Below, piece after piece: positions 38,573-48,891 of a stretch of DNA of 64,000 nucleotides. Made by a program: the position numbers and the translations under genes. Origin of the DNA: Bacillota bacterium (GTDB lineage Bacteria; Bacillota_I; Bacilli_A; RF39; UBA660); contig SVAM01000009.1 of assembly GCA_015059425.1 (NCBI GenBank), positions 3,543 through 67,542 on the forward strand. Reading direction: 5' to 3'. The notes under the pieces are model-generated. The model saw only the letters and a list, made by a program, of their open reading frames with translations. It had not been told where the DNA came from and did not search any database. Each line of letters starts with the position of its first letter. The stretch's first letter is position 1.

Positions 38573-40012
38573 ATGAGTAATTTAACAATTGATGATTTAA
38601 TGCAGTTAGTCAGTAATTATAGTACTGAAGAAAAAAAACAAATATTAAAGGCTTACAAACTAGCCTGTGAATTACATCATGGCCAAATGCGTGAAAGTGG
38701 AGAACCATATATAATTCATCCACTTAGTGTTGCCTATATTTTAGCAGAAATGCACGCTGATGCTGATACTATTAGTGCTGGCCTATTACATGATACCATT
38801 GAAGATAGTGATATTACAAAAGAAGATTTAAGAGAAATGTTTAATAAAGATGTAGCGACTTTAGTAGATGGAGTTACAAAATTAGCTAAAATGAATTTTT
38901 CGTCTAAAGAAGATAAGAATGCTGCGAATACTAGAAAGATAATAACAAGTATTACCGATGATGTAAGAATAATTATTATTAAACTAGCAGACAGACTACA
39001 TAATATGAAAACCTTAGAACACAAAAAAAAGTTTAAACAAAAAGAAAATGCATTAGAAACAATGGAAGTATTTGTTCCTCTAGCATACTACATCGGTGCA
39101 TATAGATTGAAAAGTGAATTAGAAGATTTATCACTTAAATATTTAAAACCAGAAGCATATCAAAATATAAGTGAAAAAATAGAGATTATTACCAAAGAAA
39201 ATGATGAATGGTTAAAAGAAATGCTATATAAAATAAAAGTATTATTAGAAGAAAAAAACATTCCTAATGAAATAAAATTTAGAGTAAAAAATGTTTATGG
39301 AGTATATAAAAAATTAGAACACGGATTAAGATTAAATGATATCCATGATTTATTTGCTATAAAAATAATGGTTAAAGAAATAGATGATTGTTATTTAACG
39401 TTATCTAATGTTCATAGATTATACAATCCAATAAATAGAAAATTTAAAGATTACATATGTAACCCTAAAACAAATATGTATCAAAGCTTACATACAACAG
39501 TATTTGCGCCTAATGATACATTAGTCCAAACTCAAATAAGAACATTTGACATGGATAAAATAGATAATTTTGGTCTAACAGCCTACTGGGATATACATAA
39601 TGAAGAAGCAAGAAATGTTATGCAACAAACTTTAAGAGAAAAGTATCAATTTTTCAAATCACTTGTAGAAATAAATAGAGTATTTGGTGATAATAAAGAA
39701 TTTATAAATCAAATAAAAAAAGAATTATTTGGAGGGCAAATCTATGTATATACAACAGATGGAGATATAAAAGAATTTCCTGTTGGAGCAACACTAATAG
39801 ATTTTGCTTATGAAATTCATACAGACATAGGAAATACTTTAATAGGTGGATATGTAAATGATGAATATGTAGGAGTAGATCATGTATTACATAATCAAGA
39901 TAGAGTTAAAGCAGTAACAAATGATTTAGCATTCGGACCAAAACCCGAATGGGAGAGTATTGCAGTAACGACAAAAGCTAAAAGAAGAATAAGAGAATTT
40001 AATAGAAAATAA
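38573..40012 (+). CDS. RelA/SpoT-family (p)ppGpp synthetase/hydrolase, short form (HD, synthetase, TGS; no ACT)
   Basis: HD motif (HPLSVAYIL...LLHDTIED), synthetase motifs (RVKNVYGVYKKL, YQSLHTTV), TGS (GGQIYVYTTDGDIKEFPVGATLIDFAYEIH). Ends at about 480 aa. Confidence 0.8.
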   Translation: MSNLTIDDLMQLVSNYSTEEKKQILKAYKLACELHHGQMRESGEPYIIHPLSVAYILAEMHADADTISAGLLHDTIEDSDITKEDLREMFNKDVATLVDGVTKLAKMNFSSKEDKNAANTRKIITSITDDVRIIIIKLADRLHNMKTLEHKKKFKQKENALETMEVFVPLAYYIGAYRLKSELEDLSLKYLKPEAYQNISEKIEIITKENDEWLKEMLYKIKVLLEEKNIPNEIKFRVKNVYGVYKKLEHGLRLNDIHDLFAIKIMVKEIDDCYLTLSNVHRLYNPINRKFKDYICNPKTNMYQSLHTTVFAPNDTLVQTQIRTFDMDKIDNFGLTAYWDIHNEEARNVMQQTLREKYQFFKSLVEINRVFGDNKEFINQIKKELFGGQIYVYTTDGDIKEFPVGATLIDFAYEIHTDIGNTLIGGYVNDEYVGVDHVLHNQDRVKAVTNDLAFGPKPEWESIAVTTKAKRRIREFNRK

Positions 40013-40029
40013 AAGAAAAGAGGTAAATA

Positions 40030-41142
40030 ATGAAAATTGAAAAAATAAAAAAAGGTGATAAAGTAGCAATAGTGAGTTTATCAAGTGGTATTTTAGGAGA
40101 AGAATTTATTAAACACGAATTAGAAATAGGACTTAAAAGATTAAAAGATTATGGACTTATTCCAGTTATAATGCCTAATTCATTAAAGGGTGTTGAGTAT
40201 ATCAAAGAGCATCCAGAAGCTAGAGCAGAAGATTTAAAAAAATCTTTTATAGACCCAGATATTAAAATGGTTATTACAGCAATTGGAGGAAATGATACAT
40301 ATAAAACTATACCATATTTAATGGAAGATAAAGAATTTATAGAAACTGTAAAAAACAACCCAAAAATATTTATTGGATTTTCTGATACCACAGTTAATCA
40401 TCTTATGCTTAACAAAATAGGAATACCTACTTTTTATGGACCAGCCTTTTTAGTAGATATATGTGAGTTAGATAATAATATGTTGCCATATACCGAAAAG
40501 TATTTTTCTATGTTTTTCGAAGACATAAACGAATATGAAATTGCAATAAGTGATTATTGGTATTTAGATAGAACCGATTATAGTGAAAAGGCAATCGGAG
40601 TGCCAAGAACAAAAATGCAAGAAAAACATGACTTTGAATTAATAAATGGAAATGGTATTAAAACAGGAAAATTATTTGGAGGGTGTATAGAATCATTATA
40701 TGATTTATTAACTGGAGAGCGTTATGGTGAAGAAAATATAATTGCAGAAAAATATGAATTAATACCTTCAACAGAAGATTTTAAGGACAAAATATTATTT
40801 ATAGAGACTTCAGAAGAAAAAGCCACTCCTGAAAAACTTGAAAAAATGCTAGAAGAATTTAAAAAAAGAAATATATTTAGTAGTGTTCAAGGAATATTAG
40901 TTGGCAAACCTTGTGACGAAGTATATTATGAAGAATATAAAGAAGTATACAAAAAAGTATTTAAAGGCTTAGACACTCCAGTGCTTTATAATATAAATTT
41001 TGGCCATTCATATCCTAAATGTATTATCCCTTACGATGCCATGGCTACAATAGATTTTGATAATAAAAAAATATCTGTGGATTTAAAAAATATATATGAG
41101 TTGGAAGATAATCATAAAAAAGTACTAACAAAAAACAATTAA
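40030..41142 (+). CDS. S66 LD-carboxypeptidase (LdcA/MccF-like)
   Basis: GDKVAIVSLSSG N-terminal motif and overall S66 architecture. Confidence 0.7.
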   Translation: MKIEKIKKGDKVAIVSLSSGILGEEFIKHELEIGLKRLKDYGLIPVIMPNSLKGVEYIKEHPEARAEDLKKSFIDPDIKMVITAIGGNDTYKTIPYLMEDKEFIETVKNNPKIFIGFSDTTVNHLMLNKIGIPTFYGPAFLVDICELDNNMLPYTEKYFSMFFEDINEYEIAISDYWYLDRTDYSEKAIGVPRTKMQEKHDFELINGNGIKTGKLFGGCIESLYDLLTGERYGEENIIAEKYELIPSTEDFKDKILFIETSEEKATPEKLEKMLEEFKKRNIFSSVQGILVGKPCDEVYYEEYKEVYKKVFKGLDTPVLYNINFGHSYPKCIIPYDAMATIDFDNKKISVDLKNIYELEDNHKKVLTKNN

Positions 41143-41166
41143 ATTGTTTAAAAAGGAGTAGAAAAA

Positions 41167-41841
41167 ATGCATAGTGTATTTTTATCAAAAGCAGAAATAG
41201 GATTTTCGATTATTAAAGAAAGATTAAAAGAAATTGTTGATATAAACTCAAAAGTTGTGATAATACCATGGAGTTTTCCTATAGAAACAGATGAATTCGG
41301 TGTAGAAGAATACTACAAAAATAAAATAGAACCAAAGTATACAAAGCAATTATTAGAAATGGGAATTAAAGAAAAAAATATAAAATACTTAAACTGTTAT
41401 AAAGATTCATTAGAATATATGAAAAAAGAAATTAATTCATCAGATATTTTAGTACTAACTGGAGGTAATCCAGAAATGTTTTATAATAAAGTAGAATCTT
41501 GTGGTTTATTAGATACACTAAAGAATTATAAAAAAATTATTATAGGTTCATCAGCAGGAACAGAATTACAATTAGAAGATTATTTTATAACTGCTAAAAA
41601 TAATTATTATAAAAAGTTTGATTGGTATAAAGGTTTTGGAATAATTAATAATACATTTTTTACGGATGTACACTCTATTAATGATGAAGAATATTTAGAA
41701 CAATTAAAAAATATAACAAAAAATAAAAAGAAAGATGTTTATGCAATATTTGATGATGGTGCTATAATTTATAATAGAATTTCTAATCAAATAGAAACGT
41801 ATGGCAACGTAATAAAATATTCATATAAAGATGTTATGTAA
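41167..41841 (+). CDS. S51 peptidase (dipeptidase E-like)
   Basis: LVLTGGNPEMF...GSSAG motifs of the S51 family. Confidence 0.6.
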   Translation: MHSVFLSKAEIGFSIIKERLKEIVDINSKVVIIPWSFPIETDEFGVEEYYKNKIEPKYTKQLLEMGIKEKNIKYLNCYKDSLEYMKKEINSSDILVLTGGNPEMFYNKVESCGLLDTLKNYKKIIIGSSAGTELQLEDYFITAKNNYYKKFDWYKGFGIINNTFFTDVHSINDEEYLEQLKNITKNKKKDVYAIFDDGAIIYNRISNQIETYGNVIKYSYKDVM

Positions 41842-41866
41842 GAATAAAATTGAAAAGGAGGATTAT

Positions 41867-42574
41867 ATGAAAGTATTTTTAAATGGTGGGGGCTGTGGAA
41901 AACAAACAATTGAAACATATAAAGTAATAAATAAAATAATAGACCATACTAAACCGGTGTTATATATCCCATTAGCTATGGACGAAACTGGTCACCCATA
42001 TGACGATTGTTATAAATGGATTAATGAAGAAATTTCTGTTATTGACATTCCAAATATTGAGATGGTTAGAACGTTTAATGAACTATATGAAAAAGATTTT
42101 AATAATTATTCAATGATATATATAGGTGGAGGAAATACCTATAAATTATTAAAAGGAATTAAAGAAAGTAATTCTTTTAATAAATTCAAAGATTACATTA
42201 TAAATGATGGAATAATATATGGTAGTTCTGCAGGTTCGGTTATTTTTGGTAAAGATATTAACAGCATAGAAATAATGGATAACAATGATGTTTCATTAGA
42301 AGATACTAAAGGGTTTGATATATTAGATGGTAAATCTATATTTGTTCACTATATCAATTATAGATCTAAATTTACTGAAGAAGAAAATAAACAACTAGCT
42401 AAAAAATATACTGATTTTTTAATAAAGTACACAACTAATAATGAACGAGTTATAGCATTTCCTGAAGAAAACTCTATTTTTATAGATGGAGACAATTTTA
42501 AAATGATTGGTAAATCACCATATTATATATTTGAAAATGGTACTAAAGAAAAAATAGATGTAAATAACAATTAA
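41867..42574 (+). CDS. S51 peptidase (dipeptidase E-like), second paralogue
   Basis: IYIGGGNTYKLL...GSSAGSVIFG. RBS aaaggagg. Confidence 0.6.
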   Translation: MKVFLNGGGCGKQTIETYKVINKIIDHTKPVLYIPLAMDETGHPYDDCYKWINEEISVIDIPNIEMVRTFNELYEKDFNNYSMIYIGGGNTYKLLKGIKESNSFNKFKDYIINDGIIYGSSAGSVIFGKDINSIEIMDNNDVSLEDTKGFDILDGKSIFVHYINYRSKFTEEENKQLAKKYTDFLIKYTTNNERVIAFPEENSIFIDGDNFKMIGKSPYYIFENGTKEKIDVNNN

Positions 42575-42650
42575 CAAGGTAACGCAAGTTATCTTTTTCT
42601 ATACTTTAAAATGATTTTAATGTATGCTATACTTATAATTGGAGGACAAT

Positions 42651-43442
42651 ATGAAATTAGAAAATAAAACTGCAATAATTACCGGTGGGGCAATGGGTAT
42701 AGGAAAAGGAATAGTAAGTGTATTCTTAAAATATGGAGCAAATGTAATCATACTTGATTATAATGAAAAATTAAAAGACACATTAAATGAATTTAATGCT
42801 ATATATCCAGGTAAAATAAATGGATTTATCGTAGATGTTAGTAAAAAAGAAGTAATTGAAGCCTGTAAAAACGAAATTGAAAAAAGATATGACAAAATAG
42901 ATATTATTGTTAACAATGCTGGGGTATGTAAATTAGAAACATTTGAAAATATGTCAGACGAATTAAGAGATTTCCATTTTAACATTAATATATTAGGAAC
43001 TTGGAATGTAACTAAATTATTTTTACCATTAATGAAAAAAACGGGTAAAGGAGCAATTGTTAATTTATCAAGTGTAACAGGTCCAATGGTAGCAGACCCA
43101 GGAGAAGTAGCTTATGCTGCATCTAAAGGAGCAGTACTTGGATTCACAAAAAGTTTAGCAAGAGAACTAGTTGATTATGGAATAAGAGTAAATGCTATTC
43201 AACCAGGATATGTAAGAACACCTCTTATAGATACTATGGCAGTTGATTCAGATAAAGAAAATCCGAATTCTGTTATTGATAGTATAGCAGCTGCAATCCC
43301 TATGAAACGTATGGCAAATCCTGAAGAAGTTGGAGAACTAGCAGCATTCTTAGCTAGTGATGAATCAAGTTATATAATTGGACAAGGAATAGTAATTGAT
43401 GGAGGCTCAACTTTACCAGAAACAAGTTCAATGGGAGTATAA
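42651..43442 (+). CDS. SDR-family oxidoreductase
   Basis: TGGAMGIGKG Rossmann motif; YAASK catalytic motif. Confidence 0.85.
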   Translation: MKLENKTAIITGGAMGIGKGIVSVFLKYGANVIILDYNEKLKDTLNEFNAIYPGKINGFIVDVSKKEVIEACKNEIEKRYDKIDIIVNNAGVCKLETFENMSDELRDFHFNINILGTWNVTKLFLPLMKKTGKGAIVNLSSVTGPMVADPGEVAYAASKGAVLGFTKSLARELVDYGIRVNAIQPGYVRTPLIDTMAVDSDKENPNSVIDSIAAAIPMKRMANPEEVGELAAFLASDESSYIIGQGIVIDGGSTLPETSSMGV

Positions 43443-43443
43443 C

Positions 43444-43956
43444 ATGGAATTAAGTAAAGTAATATACGATAGACGTAGTATAAGACATTTTAATGACAAA
43501 AAATTAGATAATGACTTAATTAAAGATATATTAGAACACGCTATAAAATCTCCATCAGCTCATAATAGACAACCATGGAATTTTGTAGTATTAACTGATC
43601 AATCTAAAAAAGAAGAAGTAGCAAATATTTTAGAAACTAACACAGGGGACTATACAAAGCTAACATGTGATGCCATTAAAGATTCAAGTGCATTTATATT
43701 GGTTTTTGCAGATATAGAAGATGATGTAATGGACATCCAATCAGTTGGAGCATGTATAGAAAATATGATACTTAGAGCTACTGATTTAGGAATTGGTTCA
43801 TTATGGGTTGGCTATATTGTAAAAGTAGAAAAAGAATTACAAAAGTTATTTAATAAAGATAAAAAATTAATTGCAGGGGTAGCTTTAGGATATACAGATA
43901 CAAATCCTAAAGAAAGGCCTAGAAAAACTTTAGAAGAAGTATTAGAGTGGTATTAA
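43444..43956 (+). CDS. nitroreductase-family protein
   Basis: RRSIRHF...SPSAHNRQPW. Confidence 0.8.
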   Translation: MELSKVIYDRRSIRHFNDKKLDNDLIKDILEHAIKSPSAHNRQPWNFVVLTDQSKKEEVANILETNTGDYTKLTCDAIKDSSAFILVFADIEDDVMDIQSVGACIENMILRATDLGIGSLWVGYIVKVEKELQKLFNKDKKLIAGVALGYTDTNPKERPRKTLEEVLEWY

Positions 43957-44055
43957 ACTATTAGTGATAAAAACTAATAGTTTTTTAAACAAAAATAATA
44001 TTCAAAAAATAATTATTTTGATATAATGTATTAGCACTATAAAGGATTTGATAAA

Positions 44056-44931
44056 ATGAATAGATATGAAAGCACAAGAAAAGTAGGCATATTTGGAATA
44101 ATAGGCAATGTATTTTTAGTTATAATAAAATTCTCAGTGTCATTAGTAAGCCATAGCCAAGCTTTGCTTGCGGATGCTATAAATTCTGCAGGAGATATAT
44201 TTTCGTCTATTATGACTGCTATAGGAAACAAAATAGCCAGTACTCCGCATGATGAAGATCATAATTTTGGCCATGGTAAAGCTGAATATATATTTTCTTT
44301 AATAATAAGTATATTTATGTTATTTATAGCCTCAAAAATATTAATAGATTCAATAATATCAATAATTACTAAAAAAGTGTTTATATTCTCATATTTTTTA
44401 GTAATAGTATGTATGTTAACAATTATTACTAAATTTATATTATATATATACTGTAAAAAAGTATATAAATCACATCAAAATATATTAGTAAAAGCTAGTA
44501 TGAAAGATCATCGTAATGATATGTTGTTAACGTTTGGTACTTTAATTTCAGTCTTATTAGGCAACTATGGTTTATATTTTTTTGATGGTATATTCGGTTC
44601 TATAATTTCTTTATACATAATGTATAGTGGAATAGGAATATTTTTAGAAAGTTATAAAATCCTTATGGATGTATCCCTAGTTAAAGCAGAAAAAGAAAAT
44701 ATAATAAGTTATATTTTGAAAAACAAACAAATAAAAAGTGTTAATGATTTTAACACAGTAGCTATAGGATATAAATATATAGCAATATTAACAATAGATG
44801 TTGATGGTAATTTAAATACATTTGATTCTCATGTTATCGCAGATAATTTAGAAAAAAGTATTCCTAAAGAATTTAAAAAAATATCAAAAGTGATAGTTCA
44901 TGTAAATCCGATAAAAATTGATAAAGAATAA
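44056..44931 (+). CDS. cation diffusion facilitator (CDF) transporter
   Basis: SLVSHSQALLADAINSAGD CDF signature; 6 TM helices plus a C-terminal cytoplasmic domain. Confidence 0.8.
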   Translation: MNRYESTRKVGIFGIIGNVFLVIIKFSVSLVSHSQALLADAINSAGDIFSSIMTAIGNKIASTPHDEDHNFGHGKAEYIFSLIISIFMLFIASKILIDSIISIITKKVFIFSYFLVIVCMLTIITKFILYIYCKKVYKSHQNILVKASMKDHRNDMLLTFGTLISVLLGNYGLYFFDGIFGSIISLYIMYSGIGIFLESYKILMDVSLVKAEKENIISYILKNKQIKSVNDFNTVAIGYKYIAILTIDVDGNLNTFDSHVIADNLEKSIPKEFKKISKVIVHVNPIKIDKE

Positions 44932-45403
44932 TAATTGTATTTAACAAAAAACTATGATAAACTTATTTTAGTAGAGCGTTAGAAACTCTAATGCCTACTT
45001 AAATTACTTTGAGAAGACATTAACTTCTATTTTATCCATATGGATATAAATATTAGTTGATGTCGTTTTATTTTGTCTACAAAATAGACTTTTTATAAAT
45101 GTAAGAATTGCTTCTTTCATTAACCAGAAAACTCCTTTCTGTGAGCAACCACACCCCTGTACTAGCAAAGGAGGTAACCCAATAGAAATTTGCCTTTTGG
45201 TAGACATCAGTTCTAACGCTCAAGTTAATATTCTAAAAATAAAAGTCATAAATATCAAGAAAAACCGTTCGACACTTTTCGACAGTCAAGTAATTATCAA
45301 TAGAAATTAAATTAAATTCATGTTAAAATTTAAAGACAAAACAAAAATAATATGATAAAATATTTTTAGTTATGTAATAATTTTATAAAGAGGTGTAGCA
45401 TAA

Positions 45404-46189
45404 ATGGCAAAAGTAATATCATTAGTAAATCAAAAGGGTGGAGTTGGTAAAACCACTACAAGCATAAATTTAGCTGCAGCTTTGGGAGTAGAAGGGAAAA
45501 AAACACTTTTAATAGACCTTGATCCACAAAGAAATGCTACTACTGGACTAGGATTTTCAAATGGTGATTACAAGCATGATGTATATGAAGTTTTAGCGGG
45601 AGTTTGCAGTATTAAAGAAGCTATAAAAAAAACTAAATTTAAAAATTTATCAATTTTACCATCGACAATTAATTTAGCGGGAATTGATGTAGAATTTGTA
45701 AAAAAAATGTTAGAAGATCCTGAATTTCACCAAAATGAACAATTAAGATTAGCGATAGAAGAAATAAAAGACGTATATGACTATGTAATTATAGATTGTC
45801 AGCCAGCTTTAGGTTTAGCAACTATGAATGCCTTAGTAGCAAGTGATTCAGTAATTATTCCAGTACAATGTGAATTCTTTGCATTAGAGGGAATTACTCA
45901 ATTATTAAATTCAATTATAATGGTTCAATCTAGTATGAATCCAAATTTACGTATTGAAGGTGTATTACTAACAATGTTAGATGGAAGAACAATAATAGGG
46001 TTAGAAGTTATTGAAGAAGTAAGAAAATACTTTAAAGACAAAGTATTTAATACAATTATTCCACGTTTAGTAAGATTAGTTGAAGCGCCATCTCATGGTA
46101 AACCAATTAATGAATATGATCCAAAAAGTAAAGCAACTATAGCTTATGCAAATTTAGCAAAGGAAGTGATTTTACGTGACGGAAACTAA
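45404..46189 (+). CDS. soj: chromosome partitioning ATPase ParA/Soj
   Basis: Deviant Walker A KGGVGKTTT. Confidence 0.92.
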   Translation: MAKVISLVNQKGGVGKTTTSINLAAALGVEGKKTLLIDLDPQRNATTGLGFSNGDYKHDVYEVLAGVCSIKEAIKKTKFKNLSILPSTINLAGIDVEFVKKMLEDPEFHQNEQLRLAIEEIKDVYDYVIIDCQPALGLATMNALVASDSVIIPVQCEFFALEGITQLLNSIIMVQSSMNPNLRIEGVLLTMLDGRTIIGLEVIEEVRKYFKDKVFNTIIPRLVRLVEAPSHGKPINEYDPKSKATIAYANLAKEVILRDGN

Positions 46190-47072
46190 CAGAAAAAAAG
46201 CTTTAGGAAAGGGCTTAGAACAATTATTTTCAAATGAAGTAATTAATTTTGAAAAATTTGAAAATGAAATCGTAAATGAAGGTAAGAAAAATGATGGAGT
46301 TATCGATATACCTATTGATGAGATTAGAAGTAACCCATATCAACCAAGAGTAATATTTGATGCAAAAGCATTAGAAGAATTATCTGGTTCAATTAAAGAA
46401 CATGGAATAATACAACCAATAATTGTTAAAAAAAGCATTAAAGGATATGAACTTGTTGCCGGTGAAAGAAGAACACGTGCTGCAAAACTAGCAGGTTTAA
46501 AAACTATACCAGCAATAATTAAAGAATTTAATGATGTTGAAATGATGGAAATAGCTTTAATTGAAAACATTGAAAGAGAAAATTTAAATCCAATTGAAGA
46601 AGCTAAAGCATATGATAATATTATTAAAATCAATAATATAACTCAAGAAGAACTAGCTCGTAAATTCTCAAAAAGTAGAAGCTATATAACAAACATGTTA
46701 GGATTATTAACTTTACCAGAGACAACAATTAAATTAGTTGAATCAAAAGAATTATCTATGGGCCATGCAAGAGCATTAAGTAAACTTGAAGATGAAAATA
46801 AAATAAACGAATTAGCATTTAAAATAGTAAGAGAAGGTTTAAGTGTTAGAGAAACAGAAAAACTTATTAACACCCAAGCGTTACCAAAAAAACATAGTAT
46901 AAATCGTAATTCTAACTATGATATTAAATATAGTATTTATGAAAATTTATGTCGTGAAAAATTAGGTGTTAAAGTAAAAATAAATAATAAAAAAATCGAA
47001 ATACCTTATAAAGATGAAGAAGAATTAACAAGAATTCTAGAACAAATAAATATAGATATCGAAAATGATTAA
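46176..47072 (+). CDS. spo0J: chromosome partitioning protein ParB/Spo0J
   Basis: ParB box GERRTRAAKLAGL; HTH domain. Confidence 0.9.
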   Translation: MTETNRKKALGKGLEQLFSNEVINFEKFENEIVNEGKKNDGVIDIPIDEIRSNPYQPRVIFDAKALEELSGSIKEHGIIQPIIVKKSIKGYELVAGERRTRAAKLAGLKTIPAIIKEFNDVEMMEIALIENIERENLNPIEEAKAYDNIIKINNITQEELARKFSKSRSYITNMLGLLTLPETTIKLVESKELSMGHARALSKLEDENKINELAFKIVREGLSVRETEKLINTQALPKKHSINRNSNYDIKYSIYENLCREKLGVKVKINNKKIEIPYKDEEELTRILEQINIDIEND

Positions 47073-47095
47073 ACCATAAAATAAGGAGATTAATT

Positions 47096-47302
47096 ATGGA
47101 TAAAACATTTAAATTAAATGATATAGTAATAATGAAAAAACCACATGCTTGTGGAACCAATGAATGGCAAATCATAAGAATGGGCGTGGACATAAAAATA
47201 AAGTGTTTAAATTGTGGACGTGAAGTAATGATTGATCGTTTAGAATTTACAAAAAAACTTAAAAAAGTAATAGGAGGAAATAATGAGAAAGAGATCAATT
47301 AA
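47096..47302 (+). CDS. DUF951-family small protein
   Basis: MDKTFKLNDIVIMKKPHACGTNEWQIIRMG... with a CxxC pair; conserved downstream of spo0J in Firmicutes. Confidence 0.8.
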   Translation: MDKTFKLNDIVIMKKPHACGTNEWQIIRMGVDIKIKCLNCGREVMIDRLEFTKKLKKVIGGNNEKEIN

Positions 47303-48830
47303 GGATCGAATAACATTAGATCCTATAATGACATTAATTGTATTAATAATAGGGACTTTAGTTTTAAGTGGATTTCTGTCACTTTTAGGAGTTCAAGTTA
47401 CTTATAATACAATTGCAAATGATATAACAATTGAATATACTCAAAGCTTAGTAAGTGTAGACTCATTGTTTAACTTAAGCGGTTTAAAATACATATTTAC
47501 TAATACTGTTTCAAACTTTGTATCATTCACCCCTTTATCAAGTTTAATAATTATACTAATTGGTATTGGTGTAATGGAAAAAAGTGGTTTTTTGAAAACC
47601 ATAATTACTTTGCTAACCAAAAAAGCTAAAAAGAAAAATGTAACATATGCAATTGTATTAATATGTTTATTATCAAGTATAATGGGTAATTTGCCATATG
47701 TAATAATGATACCATTAAGCGCCTTAATATTTGAGTATGGTAGACGTAATCCTTATATAGGGATTATAGCATCTTTTGCAGCATTAAGTGCAGGTACAGG
47801 ATTAAGTATATATCTAACTGGGACTGACTCAGAATTATTAACAAGCACTTTACTAGGATCACATATGTTAAACCCTTCATATAGTTTAGGAACAGGATCA
47901 TTTTTCTTAATAATGTTAGTAGCAATTATCATATTATCAATTGTTATAACAATAATTACAGAAAACTATATTGCACCTAGATTACCTAAGTATGAATTTC
48001 AAGAAACGGATATAGAAGAAGAATTAATTATTACTAAAAAAGAGTTAAGAGGATTAATAATTGCAGGTTTTGCAGGTATATTATATTTATTATTCTTTAT
48101 TTATTGTATAATTCCAGGCTTACCATTATCTGGAGCACTACTTGATTATTCAAAAGAATTATATATAGACATGTTGTTTAGCCCAACATCATTCTTTAGT
48201 CATGGATTTGTATTTATAGTAACAATGTTCTTTGTTATATTAGGTTTGTTTTATGGAATTGGAGCCAAAACAATAAAAAATAATAAGGATTTATGTGATG
48301 ATTTAGGTCATAGTTTAGATGGGGTAGGAAAGACATTAGTATTAATATTTTTTGCCTCAATATTTATAAGTGTATTTAAAAGAACAGGAATAGGCATAGT
48401 TATAACTGCCGGCTTAGCTAATTTATTAACAATAGAATCTTTAGGAGCTTTTCCTTTAATAATAATATTGTTTATAATAAGTGCTTTATCAACAATTGTA
48501 TTACCTAATTCGACTATGAAATGGGGAATAATGGCAAGTATTGCAGTTCCAACATTAATGAATGTAGGAATATCACCAGAGTTTATACAAGTTATATTTA
48601 GATTTGGTGAATCGGTTACAATGGGATTAACTCCATTAATGGCATATTATGTAATTTATCTTGCATATTTAGAAAAATATAATCAAGATAAAAAACCAAT
48701 AAATTTATTTCAAACATTAAAATATCAATATCCATACACTATAGTTATTGCAGGCATTTTATTATCTTTATTAATAGTATGGTTTATAATAGGATTACCA
48801 ATTGGAATAGGTGGAGTAACAAGAATATAA
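47283..48830 (+). CDS. AbgT-family transporter
   Basis: 515 aa polytopic. Similarity to AbgT recalled at the N-terminus and the C-terminus (...GLPIGIGG). Confidence 0.6.
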   Translation: MRKRSIKDRITLDPIMTLIVLIIGTLVLSGFLSLLGVQVTYNTIANDITIEYTQSLVSVDSLFNLSGLKYIFTNTVSNFVSFTPLSSLIIILIGIGVMEKSGFLKTIITLLTKKAKKKNVTYAIVLICLLSSIMGNLPYVIMIPLSALIFEYGRRNPYIGIIASFAALSAGTGLSIYLTGTDSELLTSTLLGSHMLNPSYSLGTGSFFLIMLVAIIILSIVITIITENYIAPRLPKYEFQETDIEEELIITKKELRGLIIAGFAGILYLLFFIYCIIPGLPLSGALLDYSKELYIDMLFSPTSFFSHGFVFIVTMFFVILGLFYGIGAKTIKNNKDLCDDLGHSLDGVGKTLVLIFFASIFISVFKRTGIGIVITAGLANLLTIESLGAFPLIIILFIISALSTIVLPNSTMKWGIMASIAVPTLMNVGISPEFIQVIFRFGESVTMGLTPLMAYYVIYLAYLEKYNQDKKPINLFQTLKYQYPYTIVIAGILLSLLIVWFIIGLPIGIGGVTRI

Positions 48831-48857
48831 TATCAGTTTAAAGCTGATATTTTTTAA
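48829..48857 (+). terminator. intrinsic terminator after abgT
   Basis: aatatcag-tttaaag-ctgatatt followed by ttttt. Confidence 0.6.
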
Positions 48858-48886
48858 TTGCAATAAAATAATTAAATTGTTATAAT
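48858..48886 (+). promoter_or_regulatory. consensus sigma-A promoter driving the retron ncRNA
   Basis: TTGCAA - 17 nt - TATAAT; predicted TSS about 48893. Confidence 0.6.
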
Positions 48887-48891
48887 ACAGG

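Noticed and set aside
45004-45207. 67-aa minus-strand ORF (MSTKRQISIGLPPLLVQGCGCSQKG...) in the soj upstream region.
   Set aside because: No Shine-Dalgarno and an odd composition. It is retained only as part of the non-coding-segment finding, not as a gene.
46176-47072. Looked for a parS site (tGTTnCACGTGAAACa) inside or next to spo0J.
   Set aside because: Only weak partial matches (e.g. ttatgtcgtgaaaaat at about 46948) were found, so parS is not called.
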